DNA of 63,740 nucleotides, counting the filler, from Stramenopiles sp. TOSAG23-6 (Eukaryota): assembly GCA_900128565.1 (NCBI GenBank). It is 19 parts of 19 records of this genome, joined end to end, with 100 filler letters (N's around TTAATTAATTAA, not from the genome) between each part and the next. Parts side by side here need not be neighbours in the genome. Positions count along the whole stretch, not along the records: positions 23,582 to 26,842 come from LT637585.1; positions 26,943 to 30,202 come from LT637586.1; positions 30,303 to 33,562 come from LT637587.1; positions 33,663 to 36,922 come from LT637588.1; 15 more parts are not named here. One strand, given 5' to 3'. Below, piece after piece: positions 23,582 to 37,022 of this stretch (position 1 is the first letter of the stretch; each line of letters starts with the position of its first letter). The position numbers and the translations under genes were made by a program. The notes under the pieces are model-generated. The model worked only from the letters and a program-made list of their open reading frames with translations. It was not told the origin of the DNA and made no database searches.

Positions 23582-26145
23582 CAAAGGAGCTTTGTGATCG
23601 ACAGAGTAGACAAATATTAGAGACTGAAAAGAGGGCCGAAGAAGATAAAAAAATTCTTCAAGCTCAATGGTCGCGAGAACTGGAACAGCAGGAGCTTGAA
23701 CTGCGTCAACAAGAAAAAGAAAAAGTTGACAGAGTCGAGGAGGCGTTGCGTGCATCTATATGTCAAGAGTACGAGGGTAAACTAAGTGAGCGAGATGGTA
23801 CAGCAGAGTCTGCTTTGAGCGCATTGAACGATGAAATTCTTGAGAAGGAGCAAAAGTGGCAAGCCGCAGACGATGAAAAAATGAATCAATTATCAATGAT
23901 GCAACAGCAATTGCAAGAAAGGGAAGAGCATGCTAAACAGCAAAGGATATCATTTGAAGAAAGAATTAAACAAAATGCAGAGTTGCAAAGGAAAGAATTC
24001 GAAGCTCGAATAAATAAGATACAAGAGCAACATGGTAAAGCATTACACATAAAACAAAAAGAGAAAGATAAATTGGCAATTTTGGAGGCTGAGAATAAGC
24101 AAAAGACTGATGAGCAACTTAAGCTTCTAGCAACTTTAGAGGAGAAAGAATTATTAGCCAAGGCAAACCGAGAAAAGCATGCTGCCTTGTTGCTAGATCA
24201 AGCTAAAAATTCACAAGCTGAGAAGGAAGCATTGAAAGGGGAGTTAAATGCAAAATGGGAACGTCTACTTGAAGAAAAACATATTGCTTTACGTGATAAA
24301 GATATTCGTTTTAATCAAATGAATGCTGAACTAGAGCGTCAATTGAAAGCGCAGGAATCTAAAATCGAGTCTGAATCAAAACAGTATCAAAAGGACAAAG
24401 AGATTCAACAATTAAATGCGGAAAAGATCAAAAAGGAAAATGAAAAACTAAGACGAAAATTGGAAAAACAGGCAAAGAAATTATCTCAAAAAGACGATAA
24501 ATGGAATAAACAGAAAGAGAAATGGGATATCGAAAAGCATCAGCAAGAGCGCGACGTGGAGATATTAAGTAGAGACTTGCGCATGAAGACTGCACAAGCA
24601 GAGATAGTTAAAGAAAAACACGAATCAATGATAAATATGAGTAAAACACAACGTATACATTACCTACTAAAAATCTGGCGTCAACATGGGTGGAATATCG
24701 GGAAACAACGATTACATCAGAAACAGCAAAAGTTAGCCCGAGCTGTAATGTTTGAAATGATACATGATCGAAGAAAACAAGCGGACGAACTAGCTAATCG
24801 AGAAGCAGAGCTTCGAGAGGAGCTTTTACGAAAAGAGTCAAAAGTGAGTGAATTAATGCAAACTGCAGTATCAAATAAAGAACAAAATGTAGAAGAAAAG
24901 ATGAACAGTGACCGCGATAAAGATCAGGCGGAAATTGAGAAATTAAGAAATCAATTGAAAAAAGCAAAGAAAATGCACAAAGAACAGAATCAGAAACTAA
25001 AGCGTTATAAAGGGAAGCTGAAGAAAATGATTCATAGTAATACAAAACTACATCGTGAGAAGGATAAAATAGATCAAGGCCAACATCTAAATGAGATTTT
25101 GAATGCTCCAAAAATTACAATACAAGAAGAAACAAAAAATCCAAATGAAACGAAATATGACGAACGTAATACTACCAATATATCGCAAATGTTTAAAACG
25201 GAGAAAGTTGAAAAGGTTTTAAAACGAGGAAATTCACATGTAGTTTGTATCATTCAGCCTGAACGGGAATCATATATATCGAATGATACTACTATAGACG
25301 TCATAGATATAAATTCGATCCAAGTTACAACTCAAACAAATGAGAATTATATTGAACAGGAAATTTATACTGTTGATTTGGCAATATGCGATAATGCGCC
25401 ATTTGCACCAGCTTCACATTACAGGGACATTTTGAATAATAAAATAATCCAAATGGCTTCGAATTTGTTACAAAAACCTGCTACATATGAAGATACTAGA
25501 ACAATCCAGGTTTGTGTAGTTACATGCGGATCTCGAGGCTCTGGGAAAAGTTTTTGTTTATCAAGTAAGAAATATCGAATTATTGAAACCGCTGCAAAAG
25601 CTTTATTTCAAAAATTAGACCAAGATGATAGGAATACTATTATTGAGGTCAGTAGTATTGGCTTTAATCAAGACACTGGACAAGTTCGTGATTTATTAAA
25701 AAATGGGAATTATATGAAACAAATCCTGAATGTACAGCATGAATGTAATATAGATAAGTATAATACCAGAATAGTCCCCGTTTTAGATGAATACGGAGTT
25801 CAAACATTACTCAAGCAATCAAATAAACAAGTTCTTTCGAGTGAGACAGTAATCAGTACTATATACGTTGGGGGACGAACATTTAATGATGATGATGGTG
25901 GCGACACTACACATTCTACTAAAATAACATTTATTGATTTACAAATTGATCCAAACAAATATGGAAGCATTGGTACAAAGCAAAAAATCCCAAGTGTTGT
26001 GAAGTCATTACTTTGCAGTAATGATGAAAAGATTATACAAACACTAGTTATTTCGTGTTTACATGCTAATGAAGATCCAAAAAAAACATTAGTATTTGCC
26101 AAAGAAATACGGAGAATGTCATGCATTCTTCCTGGCTTATCATAA
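23582..26145 (+). CDS. Coiled-coil protein with divergent C-terminal kinesin-like motor (5' partial)
   Basis: CVVTCGSRGSGKSF P-loop, VRDLL, KITFIDL, KTLVFA. Confidence 0.7.
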
Positions 26146-26428
26146 ATAAATAAAAATTGAGACGATTGTAGCAACACATAATGTCATTATGTCTTTACGG
26201 AGTATCTAGATTCTAGATGATACACTATGTAGAACTTGAAAAACTTTTTTTGTAAATATCCTAGGTGTGATTATCCATGGAGAATTTAATTATATATAGA
26301 ATAAATTAATAACCAACCTAATAATATCAATAGATACTTTTTTTTGATTGTTTGGATTTTCTTTGTCGTTATACAGGACCTAAAATAAACAAAATTGACA
26401 TTAACACCATGTTTAAGCAGAATTCCAA

Positions 26429-26842
26429 CTACTTCTGCAAGTTTCTCGCATTGTTCAGTAGTTGAACCACTTCTTCACGATCATGCCATAAAGCAACCAA
26501 CAATGGGGTAACTTCAAAGTTATCAGTTTTATTGACATCAATGTCATCTACATTGATAAGTAATTGAACAACTCCTGCATGACCCATCTTCGAAGCAATT
26601 CACAATGGGGTAATTCCCTCGTCATTATTCTGATTGACATCAGCACCAGCAGCGATAAGTAGTTGAAGTACTTTATCCTTGCCATTCTCTAAAGCAGCAT
26701 ACAATGGGGTATTTCCCTTTTATGGGGTATCTCCGTCGTCTTCATCAGCCAGATTGACATCAGCACCACCAGCGATAAGTAGTTTAACTATATCTTCATA
26801 ACCATTGTATGAAGTATCATTTTTGTGTTTCCGTGTGTAGCC
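26429..26842 (-). pseudogene. Ankyrin-repeat pseudogene
   Basis: IVKLLIAGGADVN..TP* and ..ITPL*IAS: two in-frame stops (TAA, TGA). Confidence 0.75.
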
Positions 26843-26992
26843 NNNNNNNNNNNNNNNNNNNNNNNNNNNNNNNNNNNNNNNNNNNNTTAATTAATTAANN
26901 NNNNNNNNNNNNNNNNNNNNNNNNNNNNNNNNNNNNNNNNNNGTACCTAACAAATTTAAGTTTTTTTTTTGAAATATTTTTCCAAAATACAT

Positions 26993-27675
26993 GTGTCTTG
27001 TCTAAAAAGTTTCGAGCATTGGAAAAAAATGTTACTTCTTTTATGTTCGTGCGAATCGTTTGTAGAGAAGCGTCCAGGTTTCTTCAAACGACTCATTGAA
27101 ACAATTCGTTCACAACTTAAATGTATGTTTTTTTTTTTTTTAACAAAAAAATCGAATTTTTTTTTCGTACGAAATTTTATACCTAACAAATTTAAGTTTT
27201 TTTTTTTGAAATATTTTTCCAAAATACATGTTCTGCATTTCCATCAGACTTTTTTATTGATCCTATTTCTTCGACAGATAATGGGAAAGGAGAGACGAGT
27301 AATTTTATGCACGAAGCTTTACGATCTTTAGTTCAAATTACTAATATTTCTGAAGGAATTGAGCAACAGATATACGATAAAAGTGAGATTAAGGATTTTA
27401 TAGAGCTTTCTAATAGTGCAAATAGCTTAAATCGTTTTATTAAGCGTCAATTTGGTATAAAAATATACAAAGATGAAGGTTGGGCCACCGCAGAAAATGC
27501 AGATGCAGCAGAAATACGCGATTTGCAGCGCAGAGTCACACAAATGGGTTTGAAGAGCGAGATGACAAATACAGTGAATGATGAGATACCAATTTCAGCG
27601 AATAAAGACAATTCTGATTGTGGTGATAAAAACAACGCAACTGGAGAAAGAATGTCATGGATGCTTTCACCGTAA
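26993..27675 (+). CDS. AAR2: U5 snRNP assembly factor AAR2 C-terminal part; intron 27123-27229
   Basis: SFEHWKKMLLLLCSCE..QLK|CSAFPSDFFIDPIS..NFM. Confidence 0.8.
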
Positions 27676-27769
27676 AAAAAATAGTTTTTCAAAATATATA
27701 TAATATATATGGTGTTTGAATGAAAATTAGATATAAATAAATGATGTTTTACAATAATTTTTAAAAAGG

Positions 27770-30202
27770 TCACTTTTGTTGTAAAACTTCTGTAATTTCA
27801 CTGATACGTTTTGAAAGTTCTTGAATGATTGGATCATGAATAAATTGTATAGGAATTTCTATAGAAAAAGTTGAAGGTTGTTCAATCACTGATTTTTCTT
27901 CATGTACAGTTTCAATTTCACTAATCATCGAATCATTAAGATTGCTTGTCAGAGGACTCACACTTGCTAAATTCAAAATTTGATCCTCATTACATTTCGT
28001 ACTTGGCGAATTTTGAATTTGCTGAGTGGCTTCGTCCAAGTTGCTCGTCATTTTACGAATGAATACATAATTTACATTTTCTTCTTTATCACCATCATCA
28101 TATAAAATGTCATAAGTTCCTTCTTTGTGAACATGGGATATACGTCCAGGATACCACACATCACCACCAGCATATCTTGCCTCTATTAATGTATTTTTTT
28201 TCAGAATTTTACAAGATACATTATCAAAACATTTTTTTGATTCTACTAATGATTTATCCCATACTGGACTTTTTGATTCTACTAATGATTTATCCCATAC
28301 TGGACTGTTCGAATCGTTCAATGGTGATAGTAATACATGTATTGTGAAAAAATATCTAATTTTTTTTTGGAAAATTTATTTTTGTTAGGTATAAAATTTA
28401 GTTTTTACAATCCATTCAAAATTAAAAAAAAATAAAACATACATCATTCCGATTCTTTGCATCCTTTTGTTTTTTTTGTTTTTTTTGTTTCTTTTGTTTT
28501 TTACTTTCAGATAAATGACGTAATTCATCTACATTCATTTTCGACTCGGTTTCTCCCGTTTTTGAATATCTGACATCGAAACTTCCATGTTTTTGAAAAA
28601 ATATTTTTGAAATTTTTTTTTGAAACATTTGTTAGGTATGAAATTTTCAAAAAAAAAAAATTAAATTAGAAATTCATNATGAAAATGTACATTCCNACGT
28701 TCTCGAATAATCTTTCCCTTCATCCAACATTTTTTATCTCCATGAAGAATATTGACTTCCTGTCCTCTTCGGAATTTCTTTGTATCATTTTTATCGGATA
28801 AATCAGTTTCTTCTAAAGATATTTCAATATTCTGATTGGAGATTTCAGCATCATCCCAGCCATCATCCCCACTAGCACACACAAAAAGTTCTCTTGTGAC
28901 ATCAATTTCACCATCAGTTAAAACAAGAGAATTTGTAGTGATTGCTTGAGGATCTACACGACAGTCGCGTGAAATTTCCTGAAAAATCTGAGCTACACTA
29001 GAATTTAATTTTGTAGCCGTTGAAGCGTCTAATTCAGGTATCGTCTCAGAATTTAACTTTGTTGTCGTTGAAGCGTCTAATTCAGAAACAGCCATGGGCA
29101 TAAGAAGCGCATCGAAAGCACCATCTAAGTCTGCAGTTCGGTCTAATGAAGATATTGTCTCTGACATATCAACTTCTTTAGTCGAGGTACGAATCAATGA
29201 ATGATTTACTCGTTCTTCTTTATCCCCATCATCATATAAAATGTCATAAGTTCCTTCTTTGTGAACATGGGATATACGTCCAGGATACCACACATCACCA
29301 CCAGCATATCTTGCTTCTATTAATGTATTATTTGTAAATCCAACATTTGAATTCACTTGCTTTATAAGTGCTGACGTACTTCCTGTACCTGCTCCTTCAA
29401 CATTTCCAGGTTCTTCATTTGCAGTGAGTGCTTCTTTGGATATTTTTTTCTGTGTTTCGTGAATCTCAGGTTCTATAGATGTAGTATCATTTTCAATTAT
29501 ATTTTGTTCAATAATAGGTTCTATAGATGTAGTATTATTTTCAATTATATTTTGTTCAATAATAGGTTCTATAGATGAAGTATCATTTTCAATTATATTT
29601 TGTTTTACTTGGACATCATTATGAGTAATTAAATTATCTGTTTGGTCATGACATTTAATGTCTTCTACATTAGTTAAATTATCTGTTTGGTCATGACATT
29701 TAATGTCTTCTACATTAGTTATATCATGCATCAAATTATCAGAATATTCTGTGTTGGTGTAGTTTCCAGTTTGGAGACTTAATAATTCAATTGTTGCCGT
29801 GTCCAATGCATCTGATTGATGTGTTTGATTAGAATTTAGTTCAGAGCATTCTCTTAATAGATCATCAGCAGCTGCATCTAATGCTTCCATCGATTCACTC
29901 ATACCAAGAGTATTGCTTATTGATTCTGCCCATGAAGGATTTAAATCTATATCCTTATATTGTAATTCAAAGTTACTTAATTCAAATACATCATTTACTA
30001 CTACAGGTTCATCATTTACGACTACGAGTTCATTCGATACTACCATACGTTCACTGCATACTATAGGATCATCATTTACTACAAGTTCATTGGATACTAT
30101 AGGATCCTCATTTACAACAAGATCATCATCATTTACTACAAGATGATCATCATTTACTACAAGATTAGCATCATTTACTACAAGATTAGCATCATTTACT
30201 AC
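27770..30202 (-). CDS. Tudor/Agenet-like repeat protein; introns 28587-28690 and 28337-28442
   Basis: IEARYAGGDVWYPGRISHV..GTYDILYDDGDKEE twice; KGKIIRE..N|GSFDVRY after splicing. Confidence 0.8.
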
Positions 30203-30302
30203 NNNNNNNNNNNNNNNNNNNNNNNNNNNNNNNNNNNNNNNNNNNNTTAATTAATTAANNNNNNNNNNNNNNNNNNNNNNNNNNNNNNNNNNNNNNNNNN
30301 NN

Positions 30303-30901
30303 AGTTTCGTTGAAGAATACGTTTGGAAGTAAAGTGAAAGAAATTGCTGGTACCGATTTGAAAGGTGAATTAAAACGACTAAATTTAGAAATTGATTATC
30401 ATAGAAAAAAAAATGAAAATACAAAAATGGAATGTGAACAGCGATTAAAAGAATCTTCAAGTTTATCCCGTGAGTGTAATGAACTTCGTACAGCATTAGA
30501 TGCTGCACATGTATCTAGTGCACAATGGCGTCAAAAATATGAAGAAGCTGTTCAAGCCGAACGTGAAAAAAAAGTCAGAGGAGCAAAAATGGATTTCCGT
30601 ATCGATGAAAAATATCAAAAATTAAAACGTGAATTTTCTTTATATAAAACTCAAAGAATTGGTTATGGAAGGTAGTGGAACTATGTTTTCATCTGGTGAA
30701 GGTGTAAACAGTACAAATCCTCAACATACACAAAATAAATATTTAAGGAATGTTATTCTTCAATATATGACGACAACTGATTCGAGTGAAAAAAAAAGAA
30801 TCGAAATGGCTGTTGGGACCATGCTTCAATTTACAAATGAAGAACGTGCATTAGTTGATACTAGAAATGTTAAAGAAAATAGTTGGATTAAAGGCTGGTG
30901 A
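30303..30901 (+). CDS. GRIP-domain golgin (partial, one frameshift near 30650)
   Basis: KYLRNVILQYM..AVGTMLQFTNEE in the frame following the coiled-coil ORF. Confidence 0.75.
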
Positions 30902-31032
30902 TTTTAAAATCGTTCATTTTTATATTAAAAAAAGTTCCCCATTACAATTATTGTTTTTTTTTTATAAGCGAAAAAATCGTTAAGTTCAAAATTTCGTATG
31001 AAAAAAAATCCAAAAAAAAAAAATGTATTCAA

Positions 31033-31761
31033 TCACTTCAGTTTATTTTCCATTTGAAGTAAGGTTGAATCCGATGTCAAAAACTTCAGTGATGTGAAGT
31101 TAATAATACGGTCATATGTATCCAAGAGTTTGCTAGTACGTCGATGAAGCTCCAAAGCCTCAATATCTATTAGACGCTGAGTTGTCTGAAGTTTATCCAA
31201 TCTTTTACACCAATCTGAAAGTTCAGAAGTATAGCTAGGGTTAATATGTTTTTCCAATTCTTGGATTTCTTCAAGTTTTTTTGCAACTACAATACACTTG
31301 TTGTAGAATGAAAGGATGATCATTTCTTGAACAAGTGGATCTTCAGACATTGGAGAAATCGATGGAAGTTGATCGTGAGAGCCAATAAAGGGTTCAATAC
31401 TATTATACTTTCGGAAAAATCTACTCACATGATTGTCTTCGAATTTACTCACAGTGTGAATTAAGGTTTCGAGACGCTGCGATATATTTGCTGATGTTAG
31501 GTTAGGAGGAATATGCTTTTCCGACAATGATTCAGAATTTTCTTGAACTGTAGCATCTACTGTGGAATTATCATGATCCAGTGAAGAGTTACTGTTTGAC
31601 TGATTTCCAAAGTCTAATTCAGTTTTATCACCGAAAACACGGGTTTCTAACTCTTTTAAACGAATCTGAATCCAGTCTTGTTGTTGGCGAGGACGACATA
31701 AACTTTGTGTTGCAGAACTACCAGAGGTATTTATTGATTCAATTGATACACACGATACCAT
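31033..31761 (-). CDS. DCTN3: Dynactin subunit 3 (p22/p24)-like
   Basis: RLKELETRVFG..LLDTYDRIINFTSLKFL..DSTLLQME. Confidence 0.7.
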   Translation of the reverse strand: MVSCVSIESINTSGSSATQSLCRPRQQQDWIQIRLKELETRVFGDKTELDFGNQSNSNSSLDHDNSTVDATVQENSESLSEKHIPPNLTSANISQRLETLIHTVSKFEDNHVSRFFRKYNSIEPFIGSHDQLPSISPMSEDPLVQEMIILSFYNKCIVVAKKLEEIQELEKHINPSYTSELSDWCKRLDKLQTTQRLIDIEALELHRRTSKLLDTYDRIINFTSLKFLTSDSTLLQMENKLK

Positions 31762-31993
31762 TGTAATTACACAAAGAAAGAAACTTTTCCACGATATAAT
31801 TATTATAATAGCAGTCCTCTCCACACTCAATAATAATTGTGTGTGTTTGTTTCTTGATGGATCGAGCCATCAAAAAAATACTTTTTGATTGGTTGGTGTT
31901 TACATAAAGAGAAAAGAAGAATAGAAAATTTCATGAGTTGCAATTCAAAATTGTAGTAAATAGCTGCTTATTGACGGAAAATTAAACAAGATA

Positions 31994-32854
31994 ATGTCTT
32001 TACCATCCCAAAAGCAACAACTGAATAATGTTTCCAGTAGAGTAAGTCTGTCACCCCTTGAAAATTTAGCAGTAGGTGCTGCTGGTGGATGCCTAGAAAC
32101 TTCTTTACAAATGCCTTTACTTACTTATAAGTTTTGTGTCCAAGAAAGTAGAGCTCTCCCCAATACATTAGCGGGTTGGTTTAGAGGTGTTGGTGTACAA
32201 GCAGGTACGGTAGCTCCAATTACTGCCATACAAATGCTAGTTAACGGTTTTATAGGTGACATGGTTCTCCGTGGTGAAAACCGCGAATTATTTCCTCTCG
32301 AAAAAATCGGTGTAGCTGCTACTGCAGGGGCTATAAGTGCAATAGTATATAATCCTGTTGATCTTACAACAATACAACAACAAAAGTTAGTTATGCGGCC
32401 TGTTGCAACAGTTCAACACTTAGTCCGAACGTATGGTGTAAAATGTTTATTTCGTGGTTTTTCATCCATGGCAGCGAGAGAGTCAATCTATACTGCTGGA
32501 TACCTTGGATGCTCACAAGTATTTACTCAACAAATCAAAAAATCAATTCCATTTTTTCATGAAAAACCATTTGCTGCGAGTTTACTAGGTGCGTGTATGG
32601 CTGGAACTCTAGCAGCCTTACTCACACATCCAATTGATACAGCAAAGACATGTGTCCAATCAGATATGTTAGGTACGAAATTTTGTACTGCAAGAAAAAC
32701 TATACCTAGACTGGTATCAGAGGGTGGTATTCAGGCCCTTTACAAAGGAGGGCTTGCCCGAACTGCTCGTTTGTGTGGTGCATTTTTCATTGTAATGTCG
32801 TTACAGGAATTTGCATTGAGTGTGAAACAAAAACAATTTAATGATTCAATTTAA
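31994..32854 (+). CDS. Mitochondrial carrier family (SLC25) protein
   Basis: Px(D/L)xxK motifs three times, LFRGF, LYKGG. Confidence 0.9.
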   Translation: MSLPSQKQQLNNVSSRVSLSPLENLAVGAAGGCLETSLQMPLLTYKFCVQESRALPNTLAGWFRGVGVQAGTVAPITAIQMLVNGFIGDMVLRGENRELFPLEKIGVAATAGAISAIVYNPVDLTTIQQQKLVMRPVATVQHLVRTYGVKCLFRGFSSMAARESIYTAGYLGCSQVFTQQIKKSIPFFHEKPFAASLLGACMAGTLAALLTHPIDTAKTCVQSDMLGTKFCTARKTIPRLVSEGGIQALYKGGLARTARLCGAFFIVMSLQEFALSVKQKQFNDSI

Positions 32855-33092
32855 AAAAAATTTAATAAATGTTTTTGATGATTCATCATGACAAAAACCA
32901 ATTAATACGCTTATATGTGACGTTTTTATCTTTCAATGTAAAATTAAACTGTTGGAGTAAATTATTGTTCGCTACAATTGACGTTGAAATTAGGGTTGAT
33001 TGTTGATTGTTACGTACAAAATTTGGTACGAAAAAAAAAATGTTTGAAAATAATTGTAACAACGACAAAAATCACAGCCAATTATTTCGAAA

Positions 33093-33524
33093 TTAGGAAG
33101 AAGCCATTAGTTCAGATACTTTCTTCTCATATTCCTCAGTAGCTTGAGAGTACTCATTTAGAAAAAAACAACTATGATTTCGCTGCAAATATTTTAGAAA
33201 AACAGTAAATTTCGATTGAAGATTTGATAAATCTGAAGTATGTATTTTTGGAAAATATTTAAAAAAAAAATTGTTAGGTACAAAATTTACTATGAAAAAA
33301 AAATCGAAATTCGAAATTGAAAACGTACATTCATTTTGGTGTGAACCAGAAGATTTGGTAACTTTACAAATAATCTAAGCAAATGTTCGGCACCATACAC
33401 ATCACATGGTCTACATTTAGCGTTTGTTTCATTTTCAAAATATTCCTCATATTGTGGTCTTTCGAAACGGTACAGAAGAAGTCTGGGCAAAGCCTGGTCA
33501 AAATATTTCGCAATGCCTTCACAC
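33093..33524 (-). CDS. EAF3: MRG15/EAF3 MRG domain (5' partial); intron 33240-33328
   Basis: LLYRFERPQY, DVYGAEHLLRLFVKLP..N|TSDLSNL..FLKYL. Confidence 0.9.
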
Positions 33525-33808
33525 ATGGATTATGAAAAAATATTTAAAAAAAAAAAAAAAATNNNNNNNNNNNNNNNNNNNNNNNNNNNNNNNNNNNNNN
33601 NNNNNNTTAATTAATTAANNNNNNNNNNNNNNNNNNNNNNNNNNNNNNNNNNNNNNNNNNNNCTGTTTTATATTTTTCAATAATTCTAATTATTAATGAC
33701 TTGCAAAAGCTTCTTTAACAACTTTTCTTCTTCGAATATCCTTAAGACTTCGTCTCTTTCGTCTCGTCTTCTTCTTTGTACTATCACCGATAATAGTACC
33801 ATCTTCTG

Positions 33809-34070
33809 TCATGACACCACGCATTTTAATAGACTTGGTGGTTTGACATACCCTGGATGTGAGCCTCTAATTTCATAACTCCACATCATTTCGTTTGTTT
33901 CAATAACAAGTTTCCCTACTAAAATCTTGCCATAATCACTTGGAGTAAAGGACACAATGAAATTTGTACCACCAGATCCATATGGCTCAAGCACACCCTG
34001 TAGTGGATATACTTGAAATTCACTTGGTGAATTCGGAGACATAAATGCTTTAAAGTTTGCTGTTGATTCG
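33809..34070 (-). CDS. CFAP47-like C-terminal fragment
   Basis: SPSEFQVYP..GVLEP..GTNFIVSFTPSDYGK..GKLVIET..MWSYEIRG. Confidence 0.65.
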
Positions 34071-34264
34071 TCAATCCAAAACAACAAAAAAGAACAAAAA
34101 ACAACAAAAAAGAAAAAATAGCTAATGAGAAAGACTTTATCATTTTTAACAAACAAACTGTATAAGACATAGATTATCCTACACGATAGTGCTCTATACC
34201 AGCCAACACGAAATCACAGAAAACAGAAAATTGCCTAACCCATCATAATAAAAGCTTTTTGTTT

Positions 34265-35069
<805 letters not shown>

Positions 35070-35805
35070 TNAAGTTGTATCAATAGATGAGTGTATGAGT
35101 CTCTAAGGCTTAGTTTATGTATTATAGAGAGGGAAAAGTCAAGGATATTTGATCAATTTGAAAATATAAAGAGAATTTATCATATATGTTGTAACACCTT
35201 GGAGAGCCACTTTTTCGTTTCATGGGAAACAAATGGGGAAGAAACGGCAAGAGGGAGAATTTTCGGACAGTATAGAAAAAGATTTCAAGTTGAATCTAAT
35301 CTTATATATATATATATATATATAATTAAGCTAAACTCATTCTGAAACATGATAAAATATGAAATGGGCTGAGAAACATCATGAAAGAGGGAATACTCAC
35401 CTTACAATTGGATATGCAACAACAGAGAAGGAGGGAAAAACAAAAAGAGGTTCAACCGGAGTGAATGAAGTGTAAATGCTTTCTCTACCATTTATATACG
35501 AATTTTCAATTTTCGAAAAACGTTACACTGCGACATCCATAACGTTCATCCGGATGAAACATATTTTATCGCGGTTTTTTGAATTGAATTGAGGTCCCGG
35601 GTAACGCAAAATCTTTTTAAAATCTTTTTGTAACTGTTTTTCATAAAAACACTACCATGTGTTGTGTGTTGTTGTGTGTATGTTTACCTACAAACTGGTA
35701 ACTTACAGCTTTTTAGTTTTTTGTGTATTCTCTTTATTAATCTTTATACATTGTCTTACATATTTAAAAAATAGTATCACATATAAAGCATCATAATAAA
35801 TCAGT

Positions 35806-36840
35806 ATGCGCGGACCATCTCCACGGCGAAGACCAGCCAAACGGCAACCTCCTTCACCAGCATATAATTCTCCGGGAAGAGTCTCNAATGAAAAAAACGA
35901 GCCAATCATGCCAATAGTAACAGAAGGCGTAAGTGTGCGTGAAAATCCTCAAGTTTTAAATACTCGTGCTAAAGCATTACATGCATCTGCAATACGATCT
36001 TCAAAACGGCATGATCATCGGATTTCTCCAGGAAGTGTATCTGAAAAACAAGAAGATTCAAAGGCTGTCACTTGTCCCATTGAACAGCATCTGGCATTTC
36101 GTGGGGCCACGAGTACGTCTAGAGCGATATCTAATAAATACAAGACAAGATCATCAAACCAAAAAAGTCGATCACGACAACAAAATTCATTTTTAAATTC
36201 TTTATCTCGAGGATTATCAAATACATCAAATATAACATCAAATACAATTACATCAAATACAACATCAAATACAACATCAAATAGAGATTCGAAAACTTTT
36301 AATGGGCTTCCCCCGACCTATCCACAACAATCGCAAAACTCAAACAATACTCAATTTAATCAAGGTATAAATCGGGGCTCACGAGTCAGACCTCCACCGA
36401 AAAAACTCTTGCTTGAAGATGTCACTAGCAGCGGGAGTGACTCGGAAACCGAATCCGAAGATGAGGGAGTCAATAATGAACTTCTAAGTGTAAACGTAAA
36501 AAATGGTCATATAATGAATTCAACATTTACAATGAAACCGTCAGATTTGCAAACATTATCCATGNNNNNNNNNNNNNNNNNNNNNNNNNNNNNNNNNNNN
36601 NNNNNNNNNNNNNNNNNNNTATTGAATGTAGGGTTTCATACTGAATTTCAAATTTAATTTTTTTTTTTTAAATTTTAATTTTTTTTAGTTTTCATACGAA
36701 ATTTTGTACCTAACGATTTTTTTTTTTTAATATTTTTTCATAGTGTATGCAATGAATTTTGGTGACTCGATAGAAACTTCAATAAGAAGTAGTGGTTTAA
36801 CACCAAGAGCTGCAGATATATACGATTTAAAACAATCCAT
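35806..36840 (+). CDS. Low-complexity uncharacterised protein (partial); intron 36628-36748
   Basis: ORF plus in-frame downstream exon. Confidence 0.55.
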
Positions 36841-37022
36841 GTACGTTTTTTTTTCAAAAATTATTTTTGTGTTAGATATTTTGTACACGACAAAAAACAT
36901 TTTAAGTTTTTTTTTTTTTTTTNNNNNNNNNNNNNNNNNNNNNNNNNNNNNNNNNNNNNNNNNNNNTTAATTAATTAANNNNNNNNNNNNNNNNNNNNNN
37001 NNNNNNNNNNNNNNNNNNNNNN

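Noticed and set aside
26429-26842. Alternative genetic code (TGA at a Trp-like position in the ankyrin fragment)
   Set aside because: An in-frame TAA is also present, and TGA/TAA terminate conserved genes (RPB5, centrin) normally
30600-30680. Programmed frameshift in the GRIP gene (and in S2P near 60010)
   Set aside because: No clear slippery site/structure; assembly has many Ns and homopolymer errors
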